From the NCBI GenBank assembly GCA_963823335.1, contig CAWGLD010000001.1:512001-576000 (forward strand): 64,000 nt of DNA. The letters are read 5' to 3'. Positions within the stretch are counted from its first letter, which is position 1, and every line of letters starts with the position of its first letter. Positions 10,191 to 19,117 of the stretch are shown one piece after another. This stretch comes from an uncultured delta proteobacterium (GTDB lineage Bacteria > Desulfobacterota > Desulfobacteria > Desulfobacterales > B30-G6). The notes below the pieces were generated by a model that did no database searches, was not told the origin of the DNA, and saw nothing but the letters and a program-made list of their open reading frames with translations. Position numbers and translations under genes: made by a program.

Positions 10191-10607
10191 TTTGGTATAC
10201 GAAACATCCCGCAACAAGCGTTTAAATAAAACCCTCTCTTCAATGGTCAAGCCCTCCAGGCACTCTCGATTGGCCTGGTCCCGCTCGGCGGTTAGTCTGG
10301 GCTTCAATGAAATACCCTTGTCAGACAGACAAATGCGCAGGCTACGCTTGTCTTCCGGATCGGGATGCTTGAAAATCCATCCCCCTGAAACCATTCTTTC
10401 CAGAACACCCGACAACGTTGCCGGATCCAGTACCAGTCGTTCGCTGATAGTGCTGGCCGATAGACCGTCTTCATCCCAGAGCACTTCCAGGATGAGGTGT
10501 TGTATGGGTGTCAGGCCGTATCCGGTCAAGCACTTTTTAAAGGTTCCATGCGCTTTCTGGTAAGCCTTGGCCAGTAAAAATATGACGCAGTCTTTGAATT
10601 TATCCAT
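10188..10607 (-). CDS. MarR family transcriptional regulator
   Basis: GLTPIQ...wHTH...DPEDKRS...LSDKG. Confidence 0.92.
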   Translation of the reverse strand: MDKFKDCVIFLLAKAYQKAHGTFKKCLTGYGLTPIQHLILEVLWDEDGLSASTISERLVLDPATLSGVLERMVSGGWIFKHPDPEDKRSLRICLSDKGISLKPRLTAERDQANRECLEGLTIEERVLFKRLLRDVSYTK

Positions 10608-10750
10608 ATTTAAATCCTTCGCATGCTAACTAATTTGATATTGTTCCTCTTGTCAAGGCTAAATAGGCCATACGCCTTAAGCGATAAGCGGTTTACGGCT
10701 TATCGCTTTAATCTTTATAATTTCCCCCATATAGTGTAGGCTCATCCACC

Positions 10751-12337
10751 ATGCTGCGCGTATTTCAAAACGACCTGTATCTCCCGGGAGAGTTCATCAC
10801 CACCCTGGAACTGGTCCCGGGCAAAGACTCCTCGGGTCGATCCGTGGACACCGTCATGGGTATTGCCCGGGATTCATTTGCCGATGGCAGGCTTTCAGCC
10901 GTATCCATCACCGACAACCCCGGTGGCAATCCCTCCCTGAGCCCCGACGTTCTCGGACACGACATTTTCAAGGTCGGCATGGATGTCATCGTTCACTTTA
11001 CCTGCCGGGATATGAACCGGGTTGGAATGGAAAGCAGAGCGCTGCAACTTTCCATGATGGGCATGAAGAATCTGCTGGCCCTTACCGGAGATTACACCGG
11101 CAAGGGATTCGGCGGGCAGGGTGCGCCTGTCTTCGATCTTGATGCCGTTAATCTCCTGATGATGCTCGATCAACTCAGCCATCGCTTTCACGAGGCAGGA
11201 GATCCGGATGGTTTTTTTACGGGATGTGCCGTATCCCCGTTCAAGTACACCGAGGCGGAATGCTTTGCGCAATATGCCAAACTCTGCCGGAAAATTTCGG
11301 CCGGTGCGCGCTTTATCATTACCCAGCTCGGATATGATGCAAGAAAGTTTGCAGAACTGATGACGGTGTTAAAGCAGCTCGAAGTGACCCTGCCCGTATT
11401 CGGATCCATCTATCTTCTGACACCCCGATCGGCCAGGATCATGAATCAAGGCCTGGTGCCCGGTGCCGTCGTCACCGACAAACTTCTGGAAAGGGTAGTG
11501 GGCGAATGGCAGGATCCGAAAACCGGGCGCGCCAGGGCCATCGAACGGGCGGCCAAACTGGGTGCCATTCTCAAAGGCCTGGGCTATCAGGGGATGCACC
11601 TGGGTGGGGTTCACAAAACCTACGATGTGGTGGGCGATATCATCAGCCGTATGAAAGCCATCCAGGATCAATGGCGGACTTTTCTGCCGGAATTCGATCA
11701 TTCGCCCCCGGGTGGTTTTTTTATGTTTGCGGATAAATCATCCGGCAATCCGTCATCCAATGGATTTGAACATCGGCCGGCAACTCTCCCGCTGATGGAG
11801 AAAATTCAATATAGGCTGATGAAGTCCATGCACGACCGATTCTTCAACTTCGATTCAAAGCATGCCCGGACCATGGAAAAAGTCTGCCGATGGATCGTAG
11901 ACACCCCTACAGCTGAAAAAATGCTGGAATTTTTCGAAACTTCAGCCAAAAAGCTCCTGTTGAACTGCCAGCAGTGCGGTGACTGCGGCATCCAGCACCT
12001 GGCCTTTTTGTGCCCTGAATCCCAGTGTCCCAAACATACCCGCAACGGTGCCTGCGGCGGCAGTCGCGACGGCATGTGCGAAGTGCATCCGGACCGAAAC
12101 TGTGTCTGGGTGAGAACGTACCGCCGCATGGTTTTCAGCGGCTCCTGTCATGACCTGCTTTCAGGATGTGTGCCCCCCAGAATGTGGGAACTCAACCAGA
12201 CATCCTCCTGGTTGAATTTCCATCTCAAGCAGGATCACCAGAGCGTGTCCACCGGTCTTGGAAAACATTGCCGGATCGAGGCATGCCAGATGTCATTTTG
12301 TGAATATTACGGTAAAGCTATAAATGATAGGCTGTAG
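10751..12337 (+). CDS. Methylenetetrahydrofolate reductase (MetF) fused to a C-terminal Cys-rich MetV-type domain
   Basis: ITDNPGG, HFTCRDMNR, LALTGD, GARFIITQLGYD; C-terminal CQQCGDC...CP...CPK...NGACGGS...CEV...CVW. Confidence 0.85.
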   Translation: MLRVFQNDLYLPGEFITTLELVPGKDSSGRSVDTVMGIARDSFADGRLSAVSITDNPGGNPSLSPDVLGHDIFKVGMDVIVHFTCRDMNRVGMESRALQLSMMGMKNLLALTGDYTGKGFGGQGAPVFDLDAVNLLMMLDQLSHRFHEAGDPDGFFTGCAVSPFKYTEAECFAQYAKLCRKISAGARFIITQLGYDARKFAELMTVLKQLEVTLPVFGSIYLLTPRSARIMNQGLVPGAVVTDKLLERVVGEWQDPKTGRARAIERAAKLGAILKGLGYQGMHLGGVHKTYDVVGDIISRMKAIQDQWRTFLPEFDHSPPGGFFMFADKSSGNPSSNGFEHRPATLPLMEKIQYRLMKSMHDRFFNFDSKHARTMEKVCRWIVDTPTAEKMLEFFETSAKKLLLNCQQCGDCGIQHLAFLCPESQCPKHTRNGACGGSRDGMCEVHPDRNCVWVRTYRRMVFSGSCHDLLSGCVPPRMWELNQTSSWLNFHLKQDHQSVSTGLGKHCRIEACQMSFCEYYGKAINDRL

Positions 12338-12547
12338 GGGGTTAGGCTATAGACTGTTAGGTACCAGGCGCCCTCCGCCGTCAGCCACCCTCGAACCCTA
12401 CAAACTTGGTTGCTTTGTTCATTGTGTTCTTCGGGTTTATTGTGTTGCCTAAGGCCGTCGGTATAGGCCTTCAACTCGTTTCCGTTTCATCAACCCAATG
12501 AACCCAAGAAACGCAACAAACCCTATTTTCCTCAAACCCTTGAACCC
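12338..12547. repeat. Composite intergenic repeats: 7-mers, reversed conserved core, inverted 9-mer arrays, C-rich 8-mers
   Basis: TAGGCTATAGACTGTTAGG; GCCGTCAGCCACCCTCGAACCC; TTCATTGTG/TTCTTCGGG/TTTATTGTG facing AACCCAATG/AACCCAAGA/AACGCAACA. Confidence 0.75.
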
Positions 12548-15500
12548 TTATTCCTCCCCCTCCTTCACTGCCGTTTCCTTTTTGCCGTAAAGCAGAAAAT
12601 AGACGACCGGTATCAGCAGCAGGGTAAAGGCCGTGGAAACGATCATGCCGAAGATGATGGACCATGCCAGCCCGCTGAAAATGGGATCCAGGGTAATGGG
12701 CCAGGCACCCAGGGTCGTGGTGCCGGCTGTCAGGAATATGGGTCGGAAACGAACGGCACCGGACTCCACAATGGCATCCACCAGGGCGCTTCCCCGCCTG
12801 ACCTGGACCCGGATAAAGTCGATCAGGATGATGGCATTCCGAACCACGATACCGCTCAGGGCGATCATACCGATCATGGCTGTAGCGGTAAAGAAGACCG
12901 GATTTGCAAAACCGCCCACAGGCTGGTTTACGATGATATTGAGAAGTGCAAACCCCGGCATGATCCCGATCATGGTCAATGGAATCGAAAGCATGATCAC
13001 CACCGGTATCAGGTAGGATGCGGTTTCATAGACCAGCAGCACATAAATGCCCACCAGAGCGGCTGAAAAAGCCAGACCCAGATCACGGAAAACATCCAGG
13101 GTGATCTTCCATTCGCCCTCTCCGCCCCAATCCAATCGTATACCGGACGGCAGCGGGTTTTCCTTGAAGTGTTTCTGGAGTTCCAGCACGGCATAGGCAG
13201 GGCCCCTGCCGGCCATCTCAGCCGTTACATAAACGACACGTTCCTGGTTCTTGTGGTAAATCGATTTGTCCTGAAGTGTTTCTTCGAAGCGACCCAGCTC
13301 TCCCAGTTGAACCCTGTTCCCGCTACGACCCATCACGGCAATGGTCTTTAGACGCGCGATGTCCGATCTGGCCTTCCTGGAAAGACGCAGTACAATGGGC
13401 AGTTCATTCTGTTCCGTCTCCAGATGCACGATCCCGGCCGGCATGCCATCCAGGGCGATCTTGAGCGTCTTGACGATATCCGCGGTGGAAATACCGTTGA
13501 GACCTGCTTTTTCGCGATCCACCCGAAAGAAATACTTGCGCAGGTTCGCTTCCACCATATCGTCGACGTCCACGACCCCGTCTGTCTGAGTCATGCGCTC
13601 CTTGACCTTCCAGGCAGCCTGGATCAGGTCATCATAGGTGTGATGCGGTTGCCCGTATACCTCGGCGACGAGGGTGGAAAGAACCGGCGGACCGGGTGGT
13701 GCCTCCACCAGCTTGATACTCACACCGGTCGCCTGGGCAATCGCCTGCATGTCTTTGCGAATTCTCAGGACCATGGCATGGCTCGACATCTCGCGCTCAT
13801 CCCGGTGCAGCAGGTTGACCCGGATATCGGCTACGTTGGCACCCTCCCTGAGGTAGTAATGACGCACCAGCCCGTTGAAATCCATGGGCGAGGCCGCGCC
13901 GACCGTGGTGGTATAGTTGGTGACTTCCGGCATGGCCATGAGGACTTTTTCCACCCTGCGGACCACGGCCTCGGTCGCTTCCAGGGTGGTTCCCTCCGGC
14001 GGATCGATGAGCACCTGAAATTCGTTCTTGTTGTCAAAAGGCAACATCTTCAGGGGCACATGTCCTGTGAGTGCCAGCGCTATGGATATGAAAAACAGGA
14101 TGGCGATCACCAAAAGGAGCAGAAGACTCTTGGCCTTTGAGTTGACAAAAGGAAGAATGATCCGGCGGTATATTCGGTAATTGGTGGTCTTGGTGAGATC
14201 GTAGGGTTCCTGGTCGGCAGTCTCCTGTTTCAACAGCTTGGCCGAAACCCAGGGAGTGATGGCAAAGGAAACGACCATGGACATGAGCATGGCCAGAGGC
14301 ACATTCAAGGCCATGGGGCGCATATAGGGTCCCATCATGCCGGTAATGAAAAACAGGGGCAGAAAGGAGACAATAATGGCCAGGGTCGCCAGGATTACCG
14401 GCGGCATGACCTCGTTGATGGCGATGGAAATGGCTTCCAGTTTCTTGCGACCCCCCATGGTCAGGTGCCGGTAGATATTTTCCACGCTCACGATGGGATC
14501 GTCCACCACGAGTCCCAGGGCCAGAATGAGGGCAAAAAGTGTCACCCGGTTGATGGTGTAACCGAACAGGTAATTGAAAATGAGAACCAGGGAATAGGTG
14601 ATGGGTACGGCAATGGCCACAATGGTTCCGGTACGCCACCCCATGTAAAAGGTAATCAGTGCAATCACGGTAATAATTGCCTCCCCAAGGCTTTTGACCA
14701 GGCTGTTGACCTTGTCGTTGGCGGTCTCTCCGTAATTTCGTGTGATCTGGTAGCTTACGTTGTGGGGTAGCACGTTCTGCTTCAGGTCCTGCATGCTTTT
14801 TTCGATTTGCCTGGCAACCCAGACCGCATTGCTCCCTTTTTTCTTGGCTATCGCGATGGTAACCGCCGGGAATGTGTCGTTGCCCGACACCTTCTGGCCA
14901 TCCTTTGCGTGGGCTGCTCCGAAACCGATACGGCTGTAGGAGAGAACCTCCTCGGGACCATCCTGCACCTTTGCCACATCCCGCAGATAGACAGGTCTGC
15001 CCTGGTACAGGGTAACAAGCAGGTTCTCGATCTCCTGGATACTCTTGACAAAGGGGCCTGCTTCGACCCGAATCACCTGATTGGCTTTTTCATATTCGCC
15101 GCTCTGCATCTGGGTGTTGGACACCTGAACAGCTCCGGCAACTTCCATGGCGGAAAGACCGTATGCCGCCAGACGTTCCGGGTCCAGATACACATAGGCC
15201 ACACGTTTTCTGCCACCGTGCACACTGATTCTGGCACTGTCGGGAATGTGCTGCAGTTTACCGACGACCTCTTCGGCAACACGGTACAGGTTGTGATCGT
15301 CCAGCACATCGCTGTAGAGGGTCACATTGACGATGGGAACGTCGTCGATTTCAATGGGCTTGATGATCCATCCGGCGATCCCGGGTGTCACCTGATCCAT
15401 GTTCTGGCTGATCTTGTTGTAGAGTTTGATGAGACTCTCTTCACGATTCTGCCCCACATGGAATCGAACCGTGACAACAGCCATCTCCGGACGCGACATG

Positions 15501-15766
15501 GAATAAACATATTCGACACCGTCGATTTGATAAAGAAGCCGTTCGAGCCGGGCGGAAACCAGTTTTTCCACCTCTTCGGCACTGCCTCCTGGATAGGCAA
15601 TCATTACATCGGCCAGGGGCACGACGATCTGGGGCTCTTCTTCACGGGACGTAACGGCCAGAGCCACCACACCGGCCAGGAGACTGATGATAATCAGCAG
15701 AATGGCCAGGTTGCCCTTTAGAAAGGATTCGATGATACTGGACAGTGCCGATGGTTTGTGTTCCAT
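12548..15766 (-). CDS. RND efflux permease (AcrB/CusA family)
   Basis: 1072 aa; GLVVDDPIVSVENI, GIVVRNAIILIDF, RFRPIFLT. Confidence 0.95.
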   Translation of the reverse strand: MEHKPSALSSIIESFLKGNLAILLIIISLLAGVVALAVTSREEEPQIVVPLADVMIAYPGGSAEEVEKLVSARLERLLYQIDGVEYVYSMSRPEMAVVTVRFHVGQNREESLIKLYNKISQNMDQVTPGIAGWIIKPIEIDDVPIVNVTLYSDVLDDHNLYRVAEEVVGKLQHIPDSARISVHGGRKRVAYVYLDPERLAAYGLSAMEVAGAVQVSNTQMQSGEYEKANQVIRVEAGPFVKSIQEIENLLVTLYQGRPVYLRDVAKVQDGPEEVLSYSRIGFGAAHAKDGQKVSGNDTFPAVTIAIAKKKGSNAVWVARQIEKSMQDLKQNVLPHNVSYQITRNYGETANDKVNSLVKSLGEAIITVIALITFYMGWRTGTIVAIAVPITYSLVLIFNYLFGYTINRVTLFALILALGLVVDDPIVSVENIYRHLTMGGRKKLEAISIAINEVMPPVILATLAIIVSFLPLFFITGMMGPYMRPMALNVPLAMLMSMVVSFAITPWVSAKLLKQETADQEPYDLTKTTNYRIYRRIILPFVNSKAKSLLLLLVIAILFFISIALALTGHVPLKMLPFDNKNEFQVLIDPPEGTTLEATEAVVRRVEKVLMAMPEVTNYTTTVGAASPMDFNGLVRHYYLREGANVADIRVNLLHRDEREMSSHAMVLRIRKDMQAIAQATGVSIKLVEAPPGPPVLSTLVAEVYGQPHHTYDDLIQAAWKVKERMTQTDGVVDVDDMVEANLRKYFFRVDREKAGLNGISTADIVKTLKIALDGMPAGIVHLETEQNELPIVLRLSRKARSDIARLKTIAVMGRSGNRVQLGELGRFEETLQDKSIYHKNQERVVYVTAEMAGRGPAYAVLELQKHFKENPLPSGIRLDWGGEGEWKITLDVFRDLGLAFSAALVGIYVLLVYETASYLIPVVIMLSIPLTMIGIMPGFALLNIIVNQPVGGFANPVFFTATAMIGMIALSGIVVRNAIILIDFIRVQVRRGSALVDAIVESGAVRFRPIFLTAGTTTLGAWPITLDPIFSGLAWSIIFGMIVSTAFTLLLIPVVYFLLYGKKETAVKEGEE

Positions 15767-16828
15767 TTACGAAGCCTCCTTCAAAGGGAAGATCAGAATG
15801 ACATCCCCCTGTGACAGTCCGGACAAAATTTCGATCTTTTCCCCGAAAGAGGGACCCGATTTCACCATCCGTCGCACAACCCGTTTATCCTGGACAAGAT
15901 GGACCATCTCCAGCTGTCCCGAAAGGATAATGGCACTCGCCGGCACCAGAACAGCCGGATGGGGGTCTTCGAACACCCATACACGGCCGAATGTACCCGG
16001 AAGGATATCCTTTTTTTTGTTGTCGATGTGGACTTTGATCTCCTGGGTGCGGCTTAACGGATCCACAGCGCTGACGATTTCAGACACCCGGCCCGTGAAA
16101 GGCCGGTTCGGCCGGTCAAGACTGATTTCCACTGTCTGTCCAAGGGACAACTTCTCGATCAGGCGGACCGGGACCGGGACCTCCAAGCGCATGTTGATGG
16201 GATCGTAGACACTCAACAGGGTATGACCGGGATTGGCCAGATCGCCCTTTTCCACCCGCCTGTCCGTGATGATACCGTCGATGGGGGATTTAATCAGGGT
16301 ATAGGTGAGCATGACGTCTATTTCAGCCACCTGGGACTGGGCAGTGTTGTACATGGACTCCGCTGCGGTCAGGGACTGTTCCGTGGCAGCCTTCTGTTTA
16401 TAAAGAGACAGGGTCCTGTTGTATTCCGTGCGGGATTGTTTGAGTTGGATGTTGGCCGATGCCAGTTTTTCCCGTATTTCGCGACTGTCCAGCTCGATAA
16501 GCACCTGCCCCTTCTTGACCGGCTGGCCAGCCGACACAGAAATACTGCTGACATAGGCACTGATCCGCGCGTTTAGGTGTACGCTTTCTTCCGAAGCAAC
16601 CGTTCCCACCACATCGATTTTCGCCGCAACCGGCTCCATTTCAACGGTGTATGTCTGGGCATTTTCGGGCAAGGGTTTCCCGACCACGAGGTCGAGCTTG
16701 CCTGCGGCCGTTTTTGTGTGAAACACGCCCCCGGTCCAGGCGATCAACAGCACCAGAACTACGATGGAAACCGGCCATTTCAAAAAGCGTATCACCCTGC
16801 TTCCTTTACCTTTTTTATGCTCAGACAT
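15767..16828 (-). CDS. RND membrane-fusion (periplasmic adaptor) protein
   Basis: N-terminal anchor; biotinyl-lipoyl-like halves (GQPVKKGQVL, IKSPIDG); LSGLSQGD. Confidence 0.92.
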   Translation of the reverse strand: MSEHKKGKGSRVIRFLKWPVSIVVLVLLIAWTGGVFHTKTAAGKLDLVVGKPLPENAQTYTVEMEPVAAKIDVVGTVASEESVHLNARISAYVSSISVSAGQPVKKGQVLIELDSREIREKLASANIQLKQSRTEYNRTLSLYKQKAATEQSLTAAESMYNTAQSQVAEIDVMLTYTLIKSPIDGIITDRRVEKGDLANPGHTLLSVYDPINMRLEVPVPVRLIEKLSLGQTVEISLDRPNRPFTGRVSEIVSAVDPLSRTQEIKVHIDNKKKDILPGTFGRVWVFEDPHPAVLVPASAIILSGQLEMVHLVQDKRVVRRMVKSGPSFGEKIEILSGLSQGDVILIFPLKEAS

Positions 16829-16844
16829 GTTCTCCCCCTGTTGA

Positions 16845-17072
16845 CGCCTTCGAATGACATTTGCCTTTCAGGCGTCATTTGTTCTATCGAACGACATTTG
16901 CGCTACGCGCGACATTTCGCCTTCGGCTGTCATTAGCCCTTCGGGCGAGATTAGCGCTGCGCGCGAGATTTATTGTTGCTCATAGCTGATAGCTGGAAGC
17001 TACGATAAATGACACGAAGCGAATGACATTTCTTCCCCTCCAACCCTTGTATCCCCCTCGAACCCTTGTACC
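16845..17072 (-). repeat. Mini-hairpin array element inside the tolC-MFP operon
   Basis: CAACAAT leader, then 6 units of (A/T)AAT(G/C)(A/T)C + 4-bp stem + GNA/GNNA loop; G-rich 8-mers directly after the tolC stop. Confidence 0.85.
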
Positions 17073-18428
17073 CTACTTCATATAGCGCTCCACCCCCAGC
17101 CCCCGGGCCCTGTCATAATTTGAGAGCGCTGTCAGATAATCGTAATATGCAGCGACACTCCTGGTTTTCTGGGCCGTCAATCCTACTTGAGCGGTCAGCA
17201 GCACCGTAATCTCCGCCGCGCCTTGCTTGTACATCTCAGAGGTAATGCGCAGTGCTTCGGCGGCACTCTCGATACTCTTTTCACTCACCTCCAGCCGCTC
17301 CCAGGCATCCATGGCTTTGAGATATGCCTGGTGGAGATCCAACCGAAGTTCGTTGCGGGCTTTAAGGGTCTCATTTTGGGCTGTCTGCCACTCGGCCCTG
17401 GCGACCCTTGCCTTATTCTGTCGCTGATAACCATCAAAAAATTCCCACTCCGCCATGACACCCATGAGATAACTGTTTTCAAATTCCGCAAAATCACCAC
17501 TGTCAACATCATAGGAGCCGAAAGCACTCATGGTGGGACGATTTTCACGGGAAATTTTTTCGTAGGACTGTTCCTTGATGTTGGACATGCTATGGGTGGC
17601 TTTCAATTCTGGCCGATTCTCGAGAACACTGAAGTCGAGCGCATCAGGCTTTTTCCGAATTGCTTCCCGGGCCGGAACCGAGATCCCACTGGAGAAAATC
17701 AAATCCGAGCCAATGGCCGTGTTCAAGGACGCAATTGCGAGCCGGACCCCATTCTTGACCCGGATGGTGTCCTCTCGCGCCTGGGCCAGCTTTACCTCCA
17801 GATTCAGCACATCGGTCTTGACCGCAGATCCCGCGTTGAAACGCGCCGTCGCAACCCTGAAACTTTCCTCAAGGCTTTTCACCGACTCCTCCTGTACAGC
17901 CACAAAGGACTGGGCCTGCAACACACCGTAATACCCCCGGGTCACCTGGTGGATCAGTTCGTTTTGGACTGCCCGCAGACCCATTTCCCGCAATTGTTTG
18001 CTCTCTTTCGCCATCCGGACCTGGATTGTTCTGACACCGCCATCATAAATCTGGTACTTCAAACCAAGGGAAAGCCGCACATTGTCGGTATGGTCTGGAT
18101 CATTCGGGTCAAATCCCGCTTGCGCCATATCAAGATCTTTCTGGTTGAGTGACATCATAAATGCCTGGGGAGGATTGTCGGTCACGGAATAGGCACCCGA
18201 AAGGTACAGGCGTGGGTAGTAAGCCGATTCCGCATGCTGGATCATGTATTTGGCTTCGTTTATACGGGTGATGCCCGCCTGAATCCCCGGGTTGTTCTCG
18301 AGAGCGGTTTTGATACATGTCTCAAGTGTCACCGCCTGACTCGATAGTGCCAGACCGAGAACCATCGCCAGGACCAATGCAATGCCCAGAAGACAGCGAC
18401 AAGATCGTCGAAGCATCCCTTCCTTCAT
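17073..18428 (-). CDS. TolC family outer-membrane efflux protein
   Basis: Signal peptide; ALENNP, SAYYPRL, RFNAG...DVL, LENRPEL. Start set at MKEGM (GGGAGA RBS), downstream of the sigma54 promoter. Confidence 0.9.
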   Translation of the reverse strand: MKEGMLRRSCRCLLGIALVLAMVLGLALSSQAVTLETCIKTALENNPGIQAGITRINEAKYMIQHAESAYYPRLYLSGAYSVTDNPPQAFMMSLNQKDLDMAQAGFDPNDPDHTDNVRLSLGLKYQIYDGGVRTIQVRMAKESKQLREMGLRAVQNELIHQVTRGYYGVLQAQSFVAVQEESVKSLEESFRVATARFNAGSAVKTDVLNLEVKLAQAREDTIRVKNGVRLAIASLNTAIGSDLIFSSGISVPAREAIRKKPDALDFSVLENRPELKATHSMSNIKEQSYEKISRENRPTMSAFGSYDVDSGDFAEFENSYLMGVMAEWEFFDGYQRQNKARVARAEWQTAQNETLKARNELRLDLHQAYLKAMDAWERLEVSEKSIESAAEALRITSEMYKQGAAEITVLLTAQVGLTAQKTRSVAAYYDYLTALSNYDRARGLGVERYMK

Positions 18429-18461
18429 GTGTCTCTCCCTTTGTTTTTGCAGCTCTAAGCC

Positions 18462-18476
18462 GCAAGTTAAGTGCCA
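18462..18476 (-). promoter_or_regulatory. Sigma54 promoter of the tolC-MFP-RND operon
   Basis: TGGCACTTAACTTGC, an exact match to TGGCAC-N5-TTGC. Confidence 0.85.
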
Positions 18477-18523
18477 AAATAAAAAAACAACCGCTGTTCT
18501 GACAGCCCCATGGGCAAACCTGT

Positions 18524-18750
18524 TCAAAGGGGTCTCTTAGACCCTGGTTTCAGTGGAATATCCCATTTTTTGATATACTTCCATATGGCTGTTCGACTCA
18601 GACCCACCCGTCTGGCAACCTCTGCCTTGTTCCAGTTCACGAACATTTCCAGGCCAGGTGTGATCCATGAAGCGCCGCAGGGCGGTCTGGGAGAGACGTT
18701 GGATCTTTTTGTTCGTTTTTTTGTTATGCTGGGTGATTAAATGGTTTGTG
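18524..18750 (-). pseudogene. Remnant of a sigma54 activator gene (end of AAA+ domain plus HTH, internally deleted and frameshifted)
   Basis: Frame A: NHLITQHNKKTNKKIQRLSQTALRRFMDHTWPGNVRELE. Frame B: NWNKAEVARRVGLSRTAIWKYIKKWDI. The two share AACTGGAA at the junction. Confidence 0.85.
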
Positions 18751-18769
18751 TCATTATCACCTGCCTGAA

Positions 18770-18907
18770 TTGAACCCTAACAGCGAGCACGTGCCCCATG
18801 GGTTCTGTCTGCAGCAGAGCTTGCATGTCGCGGGGCTGGCGAGCGAATCTGAAATTAAAGAATTTCTTAGGGTCGAAGAATCCCGCAGATTGCTGTGAGT
18901 TTCTTCA
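18770..18907. mobile_element. About 140-bp non-coding dispersed element (MITE-like), degenerate copy
   Basis: Colinear with 27980-28123: TTGAACC..AACAGCGAGC...GCGAGCGAATCT...GGTCGAAGA...TTCTTCA. Confidence 0.7.
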
Positions 18908-19117
18908 TGGTTACGAAAAAAAACAGTTGGTGACGTTACCAAACGCTTAGTGAACACCATAAAACCAAACAAGGTTTTTGTCAATTCCTGATTATCTTTT
19001 GAGAAGCACTTGACAACAGGAGAGACTTCTGAATAATTACCTTTCTCAAATTAAGGATCGAGCATCACGCCAATTTATGAACCGAAAAAGTCAGCGCATT
19101 CTCCGTAGGATCACGCC

